From a virus (taxonomy: Duplodnaviria; Caudoviricetes): DNA of 64,000 bases. The stretch lies in IMG/VR virus record IMGVR_UViG_3300025389_000021, positions 1 through 64,000 of that record. One strand, 5' to 3'. The position numbers were made by a program, and so were the translations under genes. The notes under the pieces are model-generated. The model ran no database searches, was not told the origin of the DNA, and worked only from the letters and a program-made list of their open reading frames with translations. Positions 56,001 to 62,390 of this stretch are shown here, piece by piece; position 1 is the stretch's first letter, and each line of letters begins with the position of its first letter.

Positions 56001-56744
56001 ATAAAGTATTGATGGAGCATCAATTGGAACCACAAATGTTATTGTTCCTGATTCAACTGCATAGTTGTCTATAGCATTTGGAAATATATAACGATCGGTT
56101 GTGCCTGTTGATCTTAGAGTTTTAATACTGAAAGGATTACCAATACTATCAATATAAAATGTGTATGTTTGACCTTTGTATAGTCGCAATACTGGGTTAG
56201 GTGTTAATCCATCTGGGGTAAAAATGTATTGGTTGTTGGAACCTTCTGCTTGTACTTGAACTGAAAAAGAACTTTCTAATGGAATTTCATGCCCGTATAC
56301 CGTGATGGTTTCAGGGCCATAAGGCAACCAGTAATAGTTTTGAAAATTAACAAATTTATCCCAGTCAATATGTGGATCCCAAGAATACATTTCTTGGTTG
56401 TTTAAGCGAGTGTGGTTACTAGTATTGCCACCAAATACTGAAAGTTGATTAATATAATCAATATAATCTTTATAAAATACTACATTGTCTAAATTATCTT
56501 TAATAGTGATTGCAGGTTCTAATTGATAATTTTGTCTTACTGAATCAGCAGCCTTGACATAAACATCTTCACCTGTACTGGCCTTAGCATTTTTTCGGCC
56601 AATATATCCGCTAGTTTTTGTCAGTGTACCTGGACGGTATAATTGATCAACTGTCGATTGTAAAAACTTTTTATTAGCGTCGGTCTGATAAAATTTAGGT
56701 AATAAATTTACACTAAATCCATTTCTTTTAGAAGGTATAGCCAT
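41055..56744 (-). CDS. Giant (5229 aa) baseplate wedge/adhesin-like structural protein
   Basis: Follows the gp6-like gene (gp7-like position). Has KPYRTKIREY, about six CBM5/12-like W...Y..G..V.Y.G..Y.A repeats and FG-GAP-like propeller repeats. Confidence 0.7.
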   Translation of the reverse strand: MAIPSKRNGFSVNLLPKFYQTDANKKFLQSTVDQLYRPGTLTKTSGYIGRKNAKASTGEDVYVKAADSVRQNYQLEPAITIKDNLDNVVFYKDYIDYINQLSVFGGNTSNHTRLNNQEMYSWDPHIDWDKFVNFQNYYWLPYGPETITVYGHEIPLESSFSVQVQAEGSNNQYIFTPDGLTPNPVLRLYKGQTYTFYIDSIGNPFSIKTLRSTGTTDRYIFPNAIDNYAVESGTITFVVPIDAPSILYYQSETDINLGGTIQIYAASDATSINVESEILGKVNYTLSNGTPLSNGMKLNFKGQVYPTSYATGEYYVEGVGTAIKLIDSNTLEIIGAYTTSINVEFDQTPFDQEPFDTARGYAGNLDYILVNRASKDHNPWSRYNRWFHKDVISTSAMYNGNNPSLDQTLRAKRPIIEFSADLRLFNFGTVATVDVDLVDSFTTTAFATIEGAAGYNIDGVTVQAGMLILFTADTDPLVAGKIFQVEYIDVLHLDTGSNQLHLVEVASPMKDRVVLARQGITNQGSMYWYNGTNWTKAQQKTSANQPPLFDIYDSNGFSYGDSSVYSGSTFKGTALFSYATGSGTNDLVLGFPLQYQNVSNIGDIVFNFNLAIDTFQYKNLNTNSLESKAIDVGFLSSLDYSNNTIYLNGWQLCKTKNLQAAIRIYDNSGLVNNFPVDIYDNINNLTDLEVKIYVNGQRLDKSLWSIVAKNTYYQVVLNKDLAPTDILTIRAFSDQPINSNGFYEIPLNLQNNPLNDDIGNFTLGEVIDHVNSIVDNTASFSGNFPGASNLRDLGNITQYGTKFVQHSGPLSLAVYHITTESNNVVKALTQAKTDYSDFKRLFINTASSLGVHTDPVQFVELIMTKINSNKPKVAPYYFSDMVPYGANVKTDLSVVDYRIKKYPLNNTFNLTTLSNKAVGVYLNNSQLLYGTQYIFDDQGFIEISSSVSLSNGDIITTIEYDSTDGSFVPATPTKLGLWPKFEPRKYLDTTLISPQNVIQGHDGSIVLAYNDYRDDILLELEKRIFNNIKVEYDPTIFDLTDIIPSYNRDTPYSKKEFDSVLSTNFYSWIGLVGKDLSTPLNYDRTNSFTYNYSLNSAPNGTSLPGYWRGVYKWLLDTDRPHLCPWEMLGFSVRPTWWTKLYGDAPYTSDNIPMWTDIANGVIKAPGVPATVNAKYVKPFLIKHIPVDSSGNLISPQASGLASGLVQPNIDNNFVFGDVSPVENAWTRSSYYPFSVISTAILLNPAKTFGLILDRHNIIRNLANQLIYKPTGLRIKPADIILPSIYSSITRVQTAGLVNYVVDLIFNYIFSNDIAGYNSYLFDLQNMTPRLGYRVGAFTNQAQFNILLESKTPSSTGNVFIPVENYKVFLNKSSTVKKLVYSGVIITKLSTGFEIKGYSLTQPYFNYYQYNGSGATINVGGISESYAEWTVGQQYIAGTVILYNGKYYRALANFTALSTFNSQVLASLPSLPMTGGATATLRNSWDKETTTVAPYGTLFATVQQVVDFLLGYGEWLKDQGFVFDNFNNNLGTVSNWETSAREFMFWTTQNWSTGHDKWEDWEPNKSYKYATIVRYDGDYYSALQNIPLTNEFEFTKWNLLSGLNVEGASVISLSPSANTINFNTVLSVVDSITNGFNSYEIVKVNGTPFDVQNLDSYRQENTVSYTPRNSDGIYGASFYLVQNEHVIVIDNKTIFNDVIYSPTTGYRQERLKISGYTTTDWYGGLDIPGFIFDSAVVKEWQPWQDYNIGDIVNHHSYYYSANAFIAGSAVFNSSNWKKLDKKPTPAIIPNWTNIATQFTDFYSLEVDSFDAPQQQMAQHLIGYQKRQYLNNIIQDDVSEFKFYQGMIRDKGTQNVLNKLFGVLNSENKESLTFYEEWAIRVSQYGASKAFEDIEFVLDQAKYNINNPQGTVLIKRVDPTINPFIIQLTPNDIYVKPHGYNSRPFLELKTTVDSENGPVAINQFLRSAGYVDNTDVFVSIGQLKDLTGQSASSIVVGLSYKISTVGTTDFTQIGASASTVGTTFVATGTGTGTGTVVLDISQINEGAYFWCAFDGANSWNVYRFTDINLNVTNVTYNKTTHTLTLTTQYETSLKVGTYIGIGQSESIQGFYKIDSITLNNINIIAPGLSVPSPFTDLDNLTVYTLLSQRTGYIDTIDNILPARLEDGNIVWTDYASSDINSGWATWKYKKVYQSTTKNSPVVGAGINFAQFIAVSKNGNTAAVSVGTSQIATYDKVSTAVPWTQRQLIQPPFNSVGSPASATVISTAAVSPDGTWLATGSPTSGSSSTYYIGVYSPATVYAVNTIVSYNSILYQALFPVPAGNTPNQNSVFWNQIFYTPISDTSTYNTGVTANGMITLYQKDANNIYQIVDSILSPVISNEKFGSAIVFDSSNMYVSAPAYNNNTGRVYQFSYTTTPQVTSIYDEVNSTGTVLKLQSTAGISAGMIISGNDIFGNSAFNSDQVVEYVLTRLLFSPAIDTTGKEVINTVYNTSSTQINVSSILSGATVSLYNSSYAYSIPNLTVSSTGLTSINQLVTTHTLSSGGVTGTNTFILTTTVSDIAVGYLIVGYGLPPSSYVGAISSVGAPAKTQITVVDSQGASRAIQNFIATGTGTYAFYKIINYNFVEIKGQKDLVTNSSTLPITRVTFGSTSFPNGDPTLTFNISSTYVQSSKAVILSSAPDLTPNGSLTFSSVGWSYTRSFAGDTVNSYFGSQLALSRDGSTLAVSAIGGSVGKVYVYQAGVLIQTLTGFLPTFGQGITVSDDGTYIAVSDNTTGVSNINQRGSVGVYQLSSNNTYQLVSNLVPHTPETNGEFGTSISFMNDYKTLAVYSRYGSSTTTTTFDKTSVATTFDKKSTNFITTQIASGRVDVYDRYNVNWVYSESLPHTFDFTSGYGQGLSVGANNIFVGAPLLTVGTAGAQGLLTIYSKDPNAVSWTIDKTPVPIADVSKIKKAFLYSRSTNKLLTYIDIIDPLQGKIAGPAEEELKYKTFYDPATYSYSNGSASVTVNSSGFWSTEQQGQLWWNLSTTKFVVPYFPNPIYRNNTWNTLATGASVDIYEWVTTPLLPSQWDAQSSTPAGQSQGITGTTLYGDSAYSVTKTYNSVTKTFKNTYYYWVKNKTTVPDVPGRHISAQDVSSLISNPRGQGYTYLALMGTDSFSLVNVYGYLKSTDTVLAVEYWTTDKIHQNIHSQWKLISADTIVQLPKTIKEKWIDSLCGVDVTGRAVPDVLLPPKLKYGVENRPRQGMFVNRVEALKQFIEAVNLILLKNQIVDNYNIEDLYKVDPPPNIISGSYDKIVDTDADLSYSINLFIRPELAPIIVNGRITGITIISTGRGYIQPPYITISGSGKDALVRANIDTNGRIQSVTVLAGGIGYDDSTVATVRDYSVLVRSDSQASNSWSIYSFDPTYKDMTGSIVGRWSRSATQAYDVTQYWTKVDWYASGYNQFTAADYSVQLFVDLNFLNAQIGNIVKVSMATSTQWMLLEKYANSNSVDWTQSYRVVGIQAGTIQFNSTVYQTSFSAVGYDADTYDTGAYDIKAGTELRIILSTLQDKILIGDLYKNYLDLFFRSIRYAHSEQPYIDWAFKTSFVRATHNVGGFTQPVYYPVDNLSNFQDYIAEVKPYRTKIREYISQYTNTNTPDVSSTAVTDFDLPADIKNSSLSIINSFVVDGKISSDSPEVQVYPWKFWLDNVGFQVIDLKIVSGGSGYVTQPQVIFTSTSGSGASAQAFFTNGVVNRIILLTKGSGYLEAPTVSIVGGLSTTGTPATVVAILGNSVVRSNLTGIKFDRISYKPYISKIEETIELPGSGSLLSYELPWPPDLRTNKSSITVLNKNTNQSYPLLPEDYSLSQIKNKINGETQYSGIITFVKPLAANVIATLSYVKDTSVLNSIDRINFNYNPISGMVGKEYNQLMLGVDYGGTIVGNLGFTAGGGWSEQPYGTDKWDSFDPTFTDYTVTEPAVPTTSNPIKTTWTLPYVPASGTAINVYWGQYTEIVEYGDGVNKIFPFNFFLYPTVFLANNASAQSSTVQTKYSANANGTNYPISTTTVAVATGVGGASGQSTIIVDFPSNIFAGQFVSGIGVPYNTTVVSVTGTQIILSNNLTVAAVGQSYSFFVLGTVLTLGSTSGLTVGLGLVGTAFNTQTISKIIDATTIILNRAPDIIPVAGDVIAFVTNAAGSSILTVNNTSLIQVGDSVYTTNTNYLTAFGITVKVKSIDSATQLTLDQILYLNIADGINIVFRRDQSIPKDFTSPTNVIQFAIAPSSGTEVHIIGQFDPIRIDAGDYDDVSGSSPTNPYAVMQTIYANGHDGVVSVPAGIAHASDSFIFRQETSDGSIAPADRDTDISGGDLAYTTASGIAADDIILDGDGLVTPTSSPAPEEVVPGQVVDTLAIKVFDRPSQGSARIKVDNYIADGSRTNYTIGQQPVTVNSILVKVTGTNGNLGIQTLNTDYTIDYENSAINFAVAPSNSSIVTIFNIGYAGENILDLDYFIGDGITTEFITQAPWLDNFTATVFVDGVPAQVQYFQTDSNYVLVKSVGIRFINPPALNTVINYIVVSGSEQTFAITNTERISTNGSTTYQLQNLIGNLLPNETYMIVRVDQQILPAPVNSYFTVGSNQFTYTLNSNKIPPYSINASSISVLVGNNLLLAGRDYTVDLSVVSITITTTAYTVYQGKTLVVSVLLPNGYTYNASTRQITFAQSYDSSHIVEVLTSYEHDSVDLERTEVIVESNSTLVANSPVYYSITGVSGGLITLERSVIDENYIWVTKNSTLLVPGVDYRLNDDRITVQLAIIPTLSDVFEVLTYGTNVLTTGIAYVQFKDMTNKTSFTRLSLKKRTTLAQDLLWTDTSIVLTDASNFQVPSTDNKIPGIIEIQGERIQYYAKNGNVLSQLRRGILGTGIAKSNPAGTYVQDISSSETIPYKDTITVQTIIADGSNFVSVDFVPVRGSTTDTTGILEWFAQRGYTYIGTFNNSQSYNINDVVVYNGQYYYCTTFVPQTSLRSATIDYTPANTTVKTCWSLYDTIIPPNFGQSDQIEVFVGGYKDTADWSSGSSYAVGDIVNVGSYTYQCQEAHTSGATFFDDITVTNLDGTTTIENYLYFWKFFIGNIRLKKQPYSVHNVNIAPYSPAGDVRFDADFAVDGSSARVRLTNKVDLGTRVTVYQRTGTDWDGKYSPNILVDTSEIAQFIKAEPGIWYAEYNQISNKTLGAKRAVALTFDAPSTSFDQGDLTMDQG

Positions 56745-59700
56745 TACAAATTGCCCCCATACGCTGTGCTAGTAACCGATTGATTATTTGAAAAATTTGT
56801 ATTTTGAGGTGTTACTGTTTTTAGATTAGATCCAGTAAAGCCAGACACCACAACTATATTATCTGTAGTAGCTGAGCTTATTAAAATCTGATCGCTAGGA
56901 CATTGGATTTCAAACAAATTGCCAAAATATAATCCTGGCTGTGTTGGAACAATAGCAAAATTAATAATGTCAGGTGTTAATTGATTCATAACGTAAGTAG
57001 ATAATTCTGTAAAATAAAAAGAGTCGCCAAAGTTCCAGTTATCTAAACTAAAAAATGTGTTTATAGCTGTGAGTATTCTTGCTTTAATATCAGAGTTGGA
57101 TGCAGTACCCGATGGGTTGATCATAACATTGAAGGTAGCTTGTACACTAGGATCTGCATTTGATCCAAATAATAATTTGTAACTGACTGGATGATATATA
57201 ATTTCATCTGATATAGATTTAATTAAATCTAAATTTGTTGATAACAACGAATGTAATTCATCAGAGCTTGGTGGTAACGGTAACGTGCCGCCTGATGACA
57301 ACCATTGTCTGAATGCAATATCGTAATTTTTTGTTAATACATACACATCCATGATATTACTAGATCCTGGATCTATTCTACTGTCGTAGTCTGCACTGTG
57401 TACATATTGAAATTTTAATTTAGAACGACCAACATATACTTTATAATCAAGTGTTGGAACTAATTTTAGTACACCTGACAGATTTAGTTTAACAACTGTA
57501 GCAGTATCTATAAAATAAAAATATGTACCGTCCGCATAAGATGCAAAAGAAGCATTGCCTTGTGAAGGCAATACTATCACAGGTCCCAATATTGGATCAT
57601 TGGCTACATATCTGTAATCTTCTTGGCCAGAAGAAATTGTATATCTTTCTTCTACAATATATTTGGTTGTAACATCACCTGTTAATGGACTTACAATATC
57701 CACAAACAACTGAGGATTATCTACTACTCCACTGCCTGTTGAATCTGCAAAGGTAACTACAATCTTCTTAGGATCAATGTAGCCATCTTGTCCATAATAT
57801 TCGGATACAATTTGCCAAGTAAGATCCTGTGTGAAAGGAGTTGGCAAATCAGGTTGTGGATTAACACTAAGAATTTTAACAGTATCTAATACTGTAGAAC
57901 TAGAAGTACTATCGTATACTGGCACATTAGAGTCAAAATAGAATGTCAGTTCTGCATCGCTTTCAAATATATAACGCAATTTTCTTGTGTTAATTGTATA
58001 TTGTACTGTGTTGGATGTAAACAATAAAATCCAGCTTGAATCTAAATTTTGTAACGTTGTATCGCCTTGGTTAGCAAGACTAAATGCGTTAACAGAATTC
58101 AAATTATTTGCATAGACAATTTGCCACGTAGTTGTTAATGCATCGTATCGCAAACCAAAATTATCATTTGCCTTAATTAAATCAATCATTGCTGTTATAA
58201 TAGACGGGGTTAATGTTCTATTAAATTGCGGCATTATCTGAGATAAAATTGCTTTCGATGGAATAACTTTATCTAATACGATTGGTCCTGATCCGTCAGT
58301 CAACACTCCGCTACCGCCAGCAGTACCATCGTCAGTTACTTTAACAACTTGCGCCCATATATAATTGGCTGTGTTATCTGCTGATATTGATCCAGTTGTT
58401 GCTGTTGCTGTTTGAGACTTGTTTACTATCCATGTTGTTCCAGATCCTGAAACAATATATGTTCCAGCGGCAACTGTTCCACCGCTTAAAGACATGCCGG
58501 TAACAACATTACCAGTTACATTAGTTATAACTAACGTATTACCAGAAATATTTCCTACAAAATTTACTGTAGATGTTATCAATGTGTTTGTAGTTAAATT
58601 AAAACATTGTCCTGCAGGGGCTATAAATTTAATCAAAGATCCTGGAGTAATATATTTCAAATCTGTAGCAGTAGATGATCCTACAATATATGGAATAGTT
58701 TGTCCTGGGGCATTAATAAATCCGCTAACTGTATTACTGTCAATAGTAACGCTAGTCCAGGCAGCATTGATACTAACACTAAGATAATCTAAAAAATTTG
58801 CGTAATAAAAATTTCTTAAATCAGGAGAATTTAATATATCATAAATTGTATTATCAATTACACCTTGAATATCTAAATCAGTTACATAGGAAAAATTTGT
58901 TGAATAGGTGTATGTTTCTTGATATATGATCCCGTCATCACCAAACAAATTAGTTGTGCTATATTTTCCTGTAGGGTCAAGCAAGTCAAAATATCTACTT
59001 ATACCACTACTAGTTCTGTTGACTGCTTTGACTTTTGCAATTTGTAAATTAGCACTCAACGGACTAATATTATAATCTTCGCCAGTAATCATACGATTTT
59101 GAGTATAATATGTCTGTGGAGCATTTGTCTTAATACTGGCGTTTGACTCTGAAGGTGCTGAATTTATTACACTGGTTGCTAGACTTAAACTAATTGTTAA
59201 CGTTTCTGTTTGGTTGCTTGCCGATGTATAAGGCACGCTGAACAAAACATTTACAATATCATTGGCATTGATAGTATAGTTTAATCCATTACTGGTTCTA
59301 TAATAAACTCTAAAATTTCCAATTGGTAAATTACCAAATGTACCGTCGCTAAAAGAAAGACTTATTGCATCTTGTGCTTTAGTTATTATACTAAAAATAT
59401 TTTTAATAGAATTGTTAATACTATTATAGATTGAGTTGCTACCTGATGTAGAAGGAACCTGTGTCCACAATGTGTCTTCTAAACCAGTTTGTTGATTTAA
59501 TGAATATAACCACACATCTGTATCATTAATTTGTTGTGTGTTAATATCTATGGTTTGATTGGCTGTTGGATTTGTTATTGTAAATGTACTTTGATTTAGA
59601 GTACCCTGCACAAAATTAAAAAAGAATCCAGTGCCTGGACTACTTGCACTATGTCCGTCATCAGAGTATATAAATGCCAAGGCGTTTCCTATTTTAGGAG

Positions 59701-60385
59701 GCTCTTCGTATATGTAAGTTTGATTTTTGAATGTAGTACTGGTGATTTCAAAATTCATACTACGACCAGCAATATTTTTTGTAAAAGGATAAACAGGCAC
59801 TTCTGTTGGATTAGAATTAAATCTATATTGTGCTGTAGGAACTCCGTAAATCGTAGCAGAATCTATAGGATTTCCAAATTGATGAGTAGATGGCAATGCG
59901 GCATTTAATACTGAAATAAACTGATTGTGCCAATTAGAATTACTAGGATCATTCCAAGTAACATATTGTCCTGATAGATTCCTGCCATTGCTATCAAACA
60001 CTGTTTCTGTTGTGCTGATTGCACTGAATTTTAGTAGGCCGTTTGCTGGAACGTTTCTATGGGCAGTGTAGTTAATCATACGAGATAAGCGTAGTACACT
60101 TTCTCTGCGTTCTGCTAACTCTAAAAAGTTCTCGCGGGCGTTCAAGTCCACACGGAACGCTATACTTTGACCAACAAATGCTATAAGATCTATTAGGGCA
60201 AGGTATTCACTAGACTCAATATAGTCATTAAAATCTTCAGGAAAATTTGTACGGACATATTCAATCATTGTACGACGTAAATTTTCAAAGTCATAGCTTT
60301 GAAAATCGGCATTCTTGAAAGATTGATAGATTTTTTGCCAATTTTCTGACACTAATAAATTATTTTGTCTGTCCGTTGAACTCAT
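56744..60385 (-). CDS. Baseplate wedge subunit (T4 gp6-like)
   Basis: DF.SYDFE.LR..M..Y....F..DFNDY.ESS....LID..A, E.FL..A.RRES and QNRMIT.EDY. Confidence 0.8.
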   Translation of the reverse strand: MSSTDRQNNLLVSENWQKIYQSFKNADFQSYDFENLRRTMIEYVRTNFPEDFNDYIESSEYLALIDLIAFVGQSIAFRVDLNARENFLELAERRESVLRLSRMINYTAHRNVPANGLLKFSAISTTETVFDSNGRNLSGQYVTWNDPSNSNWHNQFISVLNAALPSTHQFGNPIDSATIYGVPTAQYRFNSNPTEVPVYPFTKNIAGRSMNFEITSTTFKNQTYIYEEPPKIGNALAFIYSDDGHSASSPGTGFFFNFVQGTLNQSTFTITNPTANQTIDINTQQINDTDVWLYSLNQQTGLEDTLWTQVPSTSGSNSIYNSINNSIKNIFSIITKAQDAISLSFSDGTFGNLPIGNFRVYYRTSNGLNYTINANDIVNVLFSVPYTSASNQTETLTISLSLATSVINSAPSESNASIKTNAPQTYYTQNRMITGEDYNISPLSANLQIAKVKAVNRTSSGISRYFDLLDPTGKYSTTNLFGDDGIIYQETYTYSTNFSYVTDLDIQGVIDNTIYDILNSPDLRNFYYANFLDYLSVSINAAWTSVTIDSNTVSGFINAPGQTIPYIVGSSTATDLKYITPGSLIKFIAPAGQCFNLTTNTLITSTVNFVGNISGNTLVITNVTGNVVTGMSLSGGTVAAGTYIVSGSGTTWIVNKSQTATATTGSISADNTANYIWAQVVKVTDDGTAGGSGVLTDGSGPIVLDKVIPSKAILSQIMPQFNRTLTPSIITAMIDLIKANDNFGLRYDALTTTWQIVYANNLNSVNAFSLANQGDTTLQNLDSSWILLFTSNTVQYTINTRKLRYIFESDAELTFYFDSNVPVYDSTSSSTVLDTVKILSVNPQPDLPTPFTQDLTWQIVSEYYGQDGYIDPKKIVVTFADSTGSGVVDNPQLFVDIVSPLTGDVTTKYIVEERYTISSGQEDYRYVANDPILGPVIVLPSQGNASFASYADGTYFYFIDTATVVKLNLSGVLKLVPTLDYKVYVGRSKLKFQYVHSADYDSRIDPGSSNIMDVYVLTKNYDIAFRQWLSSGGTLPLPPSSDELHSLLSTNLDLIKSISDEIIYHPVSYKLLFGSNADPSVQATFNVMINPSGTASNSDIKARILTAINTFFSLDNWNFGDSFYFTELSTYVMNQLTPDIINFAIVPTQPGLYFGNLFEIQCPSDQILISSATTDNIVVVSGFTGSNLKTVTPQNTNFSNNQSVTSTAYGGNL

Positions 60386-60400
60386 TATTTTTTCCTAGTA

Positions 60401-60412
60401 CTTGTATTTATT
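60401..60412 (-). promoter_or_regulatory. Late-promoter-like ATAAATACAAG
   Basis: Third copy of the 11-mer, upstream of the gp6-like gene. Confidence 0.5.
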
Positions 60413-60433
60413 GAAACAAATTAAGTGCGTATT

Positions 60434-60868
60434 TTATGCCGGACCTAGCAGACCGTTGTCTTGATCAAATTTCAATTGTATAGATTCTTGCAAATTGTAT
60501 AGAAAATATTTCAAATCACATTGTATTTGTATGCCATTATCATAAGGTGTAACTAAAATATTTGTTGCCTGAACACGAGGATCACTGTTAAAAATCTCGT
60601 TAACATTTTCTAATATTGCATTTTGTACATCAGGTGTCAATGGCTCAAACAGTAGATCCCAGATTATAGATCCAAACTCAGGTTGCATCAAACGTTCACC
60701 TTTTCTTACAAAGAAATTATTCAACAAGTCTTGCTTGATAAGTGCAAAATCGTATAGTGCATAATTTTGTGTATCTTTGCTAACAGTACTGAAGCCCCTG
60801 TAGAACTGTGTTTTGACAGGGCTGTTAGGTTGATTTTGTGGTAATTGTGGAACAGTATAAATGGTCAT
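60434..60868 (-). CDS. Baseplate wedge subunit gp25 family
   Basis: LIKQDLLN.F..RKGERLM.PEFGS.IWDLLFEP...DPRV. Confidence 0.88.
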   Translation of the reverse strand: MTIYTVPQLPQNQPNSPVKTQFYRGFSTVSKDTQNYALYDFALIKQDLLNNFFVRKGERLMQPEFGSIIWDLLFEPLTPDVQNAILENVNEIFNSDPRVQATNILVTPYDNGIQIQCDLKYFLYNLQESIQLKFDQDNGLLGPA

Positions 60869-60869
60869 A

Positions 60870-62390
60870 TCAATTGTTTCCTTTTAAGAAGGTATCTGAC
60901 GAAGATGTATATGTTTTCCAAGATTTTGGAACACTGATAGCTGAGGCTTTTTCCCTATCAGTAGCATCAGGCTTAAACAAAGACCCATCTAGATTTTCAT
61001 GGTGCGGATAAGGTTCTGTAGTTGGTATTCGAGCCATTATACTTGTAATTGTTGTACCGTCAGTTTCTGTTGGATTGTCTATGGTAGACAATGCAGTTGC
61101 ACTGGCTGCGCTGGTTGCAACACCTGAATTAAAATTAATGTTACCGCCATCGATGGCAGTATTGGCTGCCATGATATGCGTATCTCCGCCTGATGTAAAT
61201 TTGTTACTAGAGCCAGTATGAACATCATATTTTCCAGTAATAGTAAGTTTGCCATCGCCTCCGACAATCACATTATAATCTTTGCCCGACTCTGATTGAA
61301 ATCTTTCTGCGGCTTTGATATTAACGTTGCGGCCTGCTTCAAAATTAATGTCTCGATCAGCATAAAAATTTAAGTCGTTACTAGAATGAACACTTACGCT
61401 GTCCTGAGCATAGATATCTATTTTACCATCACTGGTTAATTCTATCCAAGCAGTGCCTCGACTATTGGTAATATAAATTAAATCCTCAGTATTATGCATT
61501 AATATCTGATGACCAGTTCTTGTACGTAACCTAATTAGTTCGTTGGCAGGTTTTGTAACATCGCCGTCTGTATCACCATTATCAATACTGGCGTATTCTG
61601 GAGGACCATCCGTAGGAGCTTTTTTTCTAAGCCAGTTGGCATCTCCATCATCCATAACAAATGTACTACCGCCCAGCCTACTTACTGGAGCATTTAATCT
61701 TTTCCACTCTGCTTTACCAACGTCTGCACGTTTTGCATCTGTTTGCTTATCTGTTGGGCCAGGAGTGCTAATACCAAATACCATACTAGGACTTTCTCTT
61801 CTAGCACTGCTGGTAGTAATTCCACGAATGTCATCTAACAACAATCCTTGGTTTTTTAGTATCTGTGCAAAGGGATGAACGGGTTTGAGATTTTTTTCAG
61901 GATCTCCTGTAGTGGCACTGTCTGGAGCCGCTTTGTTATATTCAGAAGTTGGCACTCGACTAGCACTGCCGTAATTGGTGTCTATTGCACCGCCCACTAC
62001 TTGTTGTGTGGCAGCCAAACCTGGAATCATAAAATTCATTGTGTCATCAATTACACACCCTAACCAGTAACCTCGCTTAGGATCTCCGTTGACAAACATT
62101 ATCATGACAATAGTACCTACATCAGGTGGTACCATCCACATGCCGTAACTTTTTTGTGTATCCTGATAATCATTATTAGGTCCAGTAAAATCTACACTGG
62201 TTACGCCATAAAAAGGACTTAGATATTTTACTTGATGTAGTTGTGTTTCACTATCAGTTGATCCTACGGGTCTTAAAATTTCAACTTCAAGGATACCCAT
62301 GTAGGTAGGATCAAGATTGCTGACAACCTTTGCTAAAAACGGGCCTGGTTTTGGTTCCGTTCCTTGTGAGGAATAATCTTCATTCATCAT
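60870..62390 (-). CDS. Baseplate hub/spike protein (gp5/VgrG-like)
   Basis: OB-fold DP..MG.L.V...G.WMVPPD.G..V...F..GD, then RT.TGH.I..., beta-helix repeats and PTTEPYPHHEN. Confidence 0.8.
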   Translation of the reverse strand: MMNEDYSSQGTEPKPGPFLAKVVSNLDPTYMGILEVEILRPVGSTDSETQLHQVKYLSPFYGVTSVDFTGPNNDYQDTQKSYGMWMVPPDVGTIVMIMFVNGDPKRGYWLGCVIDDTMNFMIPGLAATQQVVGGAIDTNYGSASRVPTSEYNKAAPDSATTGDPEKNLKPVHPFAQILKNQGLLLDDIRGITTSSARRESPSMVFGISTPGPTDKQTDAKRADVGKAEWKRLNAPVSRLGGSTFVMDDGDANWLRKKAPTDGPPEYASIDNGDTDGDVTKPANELIRLRTRTGHQILMHNTEDLIYITNSRGTAWIELTSDGKIDIYAQDSVSVHSSNDLNFYADRDINFEAGRNVNIKAAERFQSESGKDYNVIVGGDGKLTITGKYDVHTGSSNKFTSGGDTHIMAANTAIDGGNINFNSGVATSAASATALSTIDNPTETDGTTITSIMARIPTTEPYPHHENLDGSLFKPDATDREKASAISVPKSWKTYTSSSDTFLKGNN

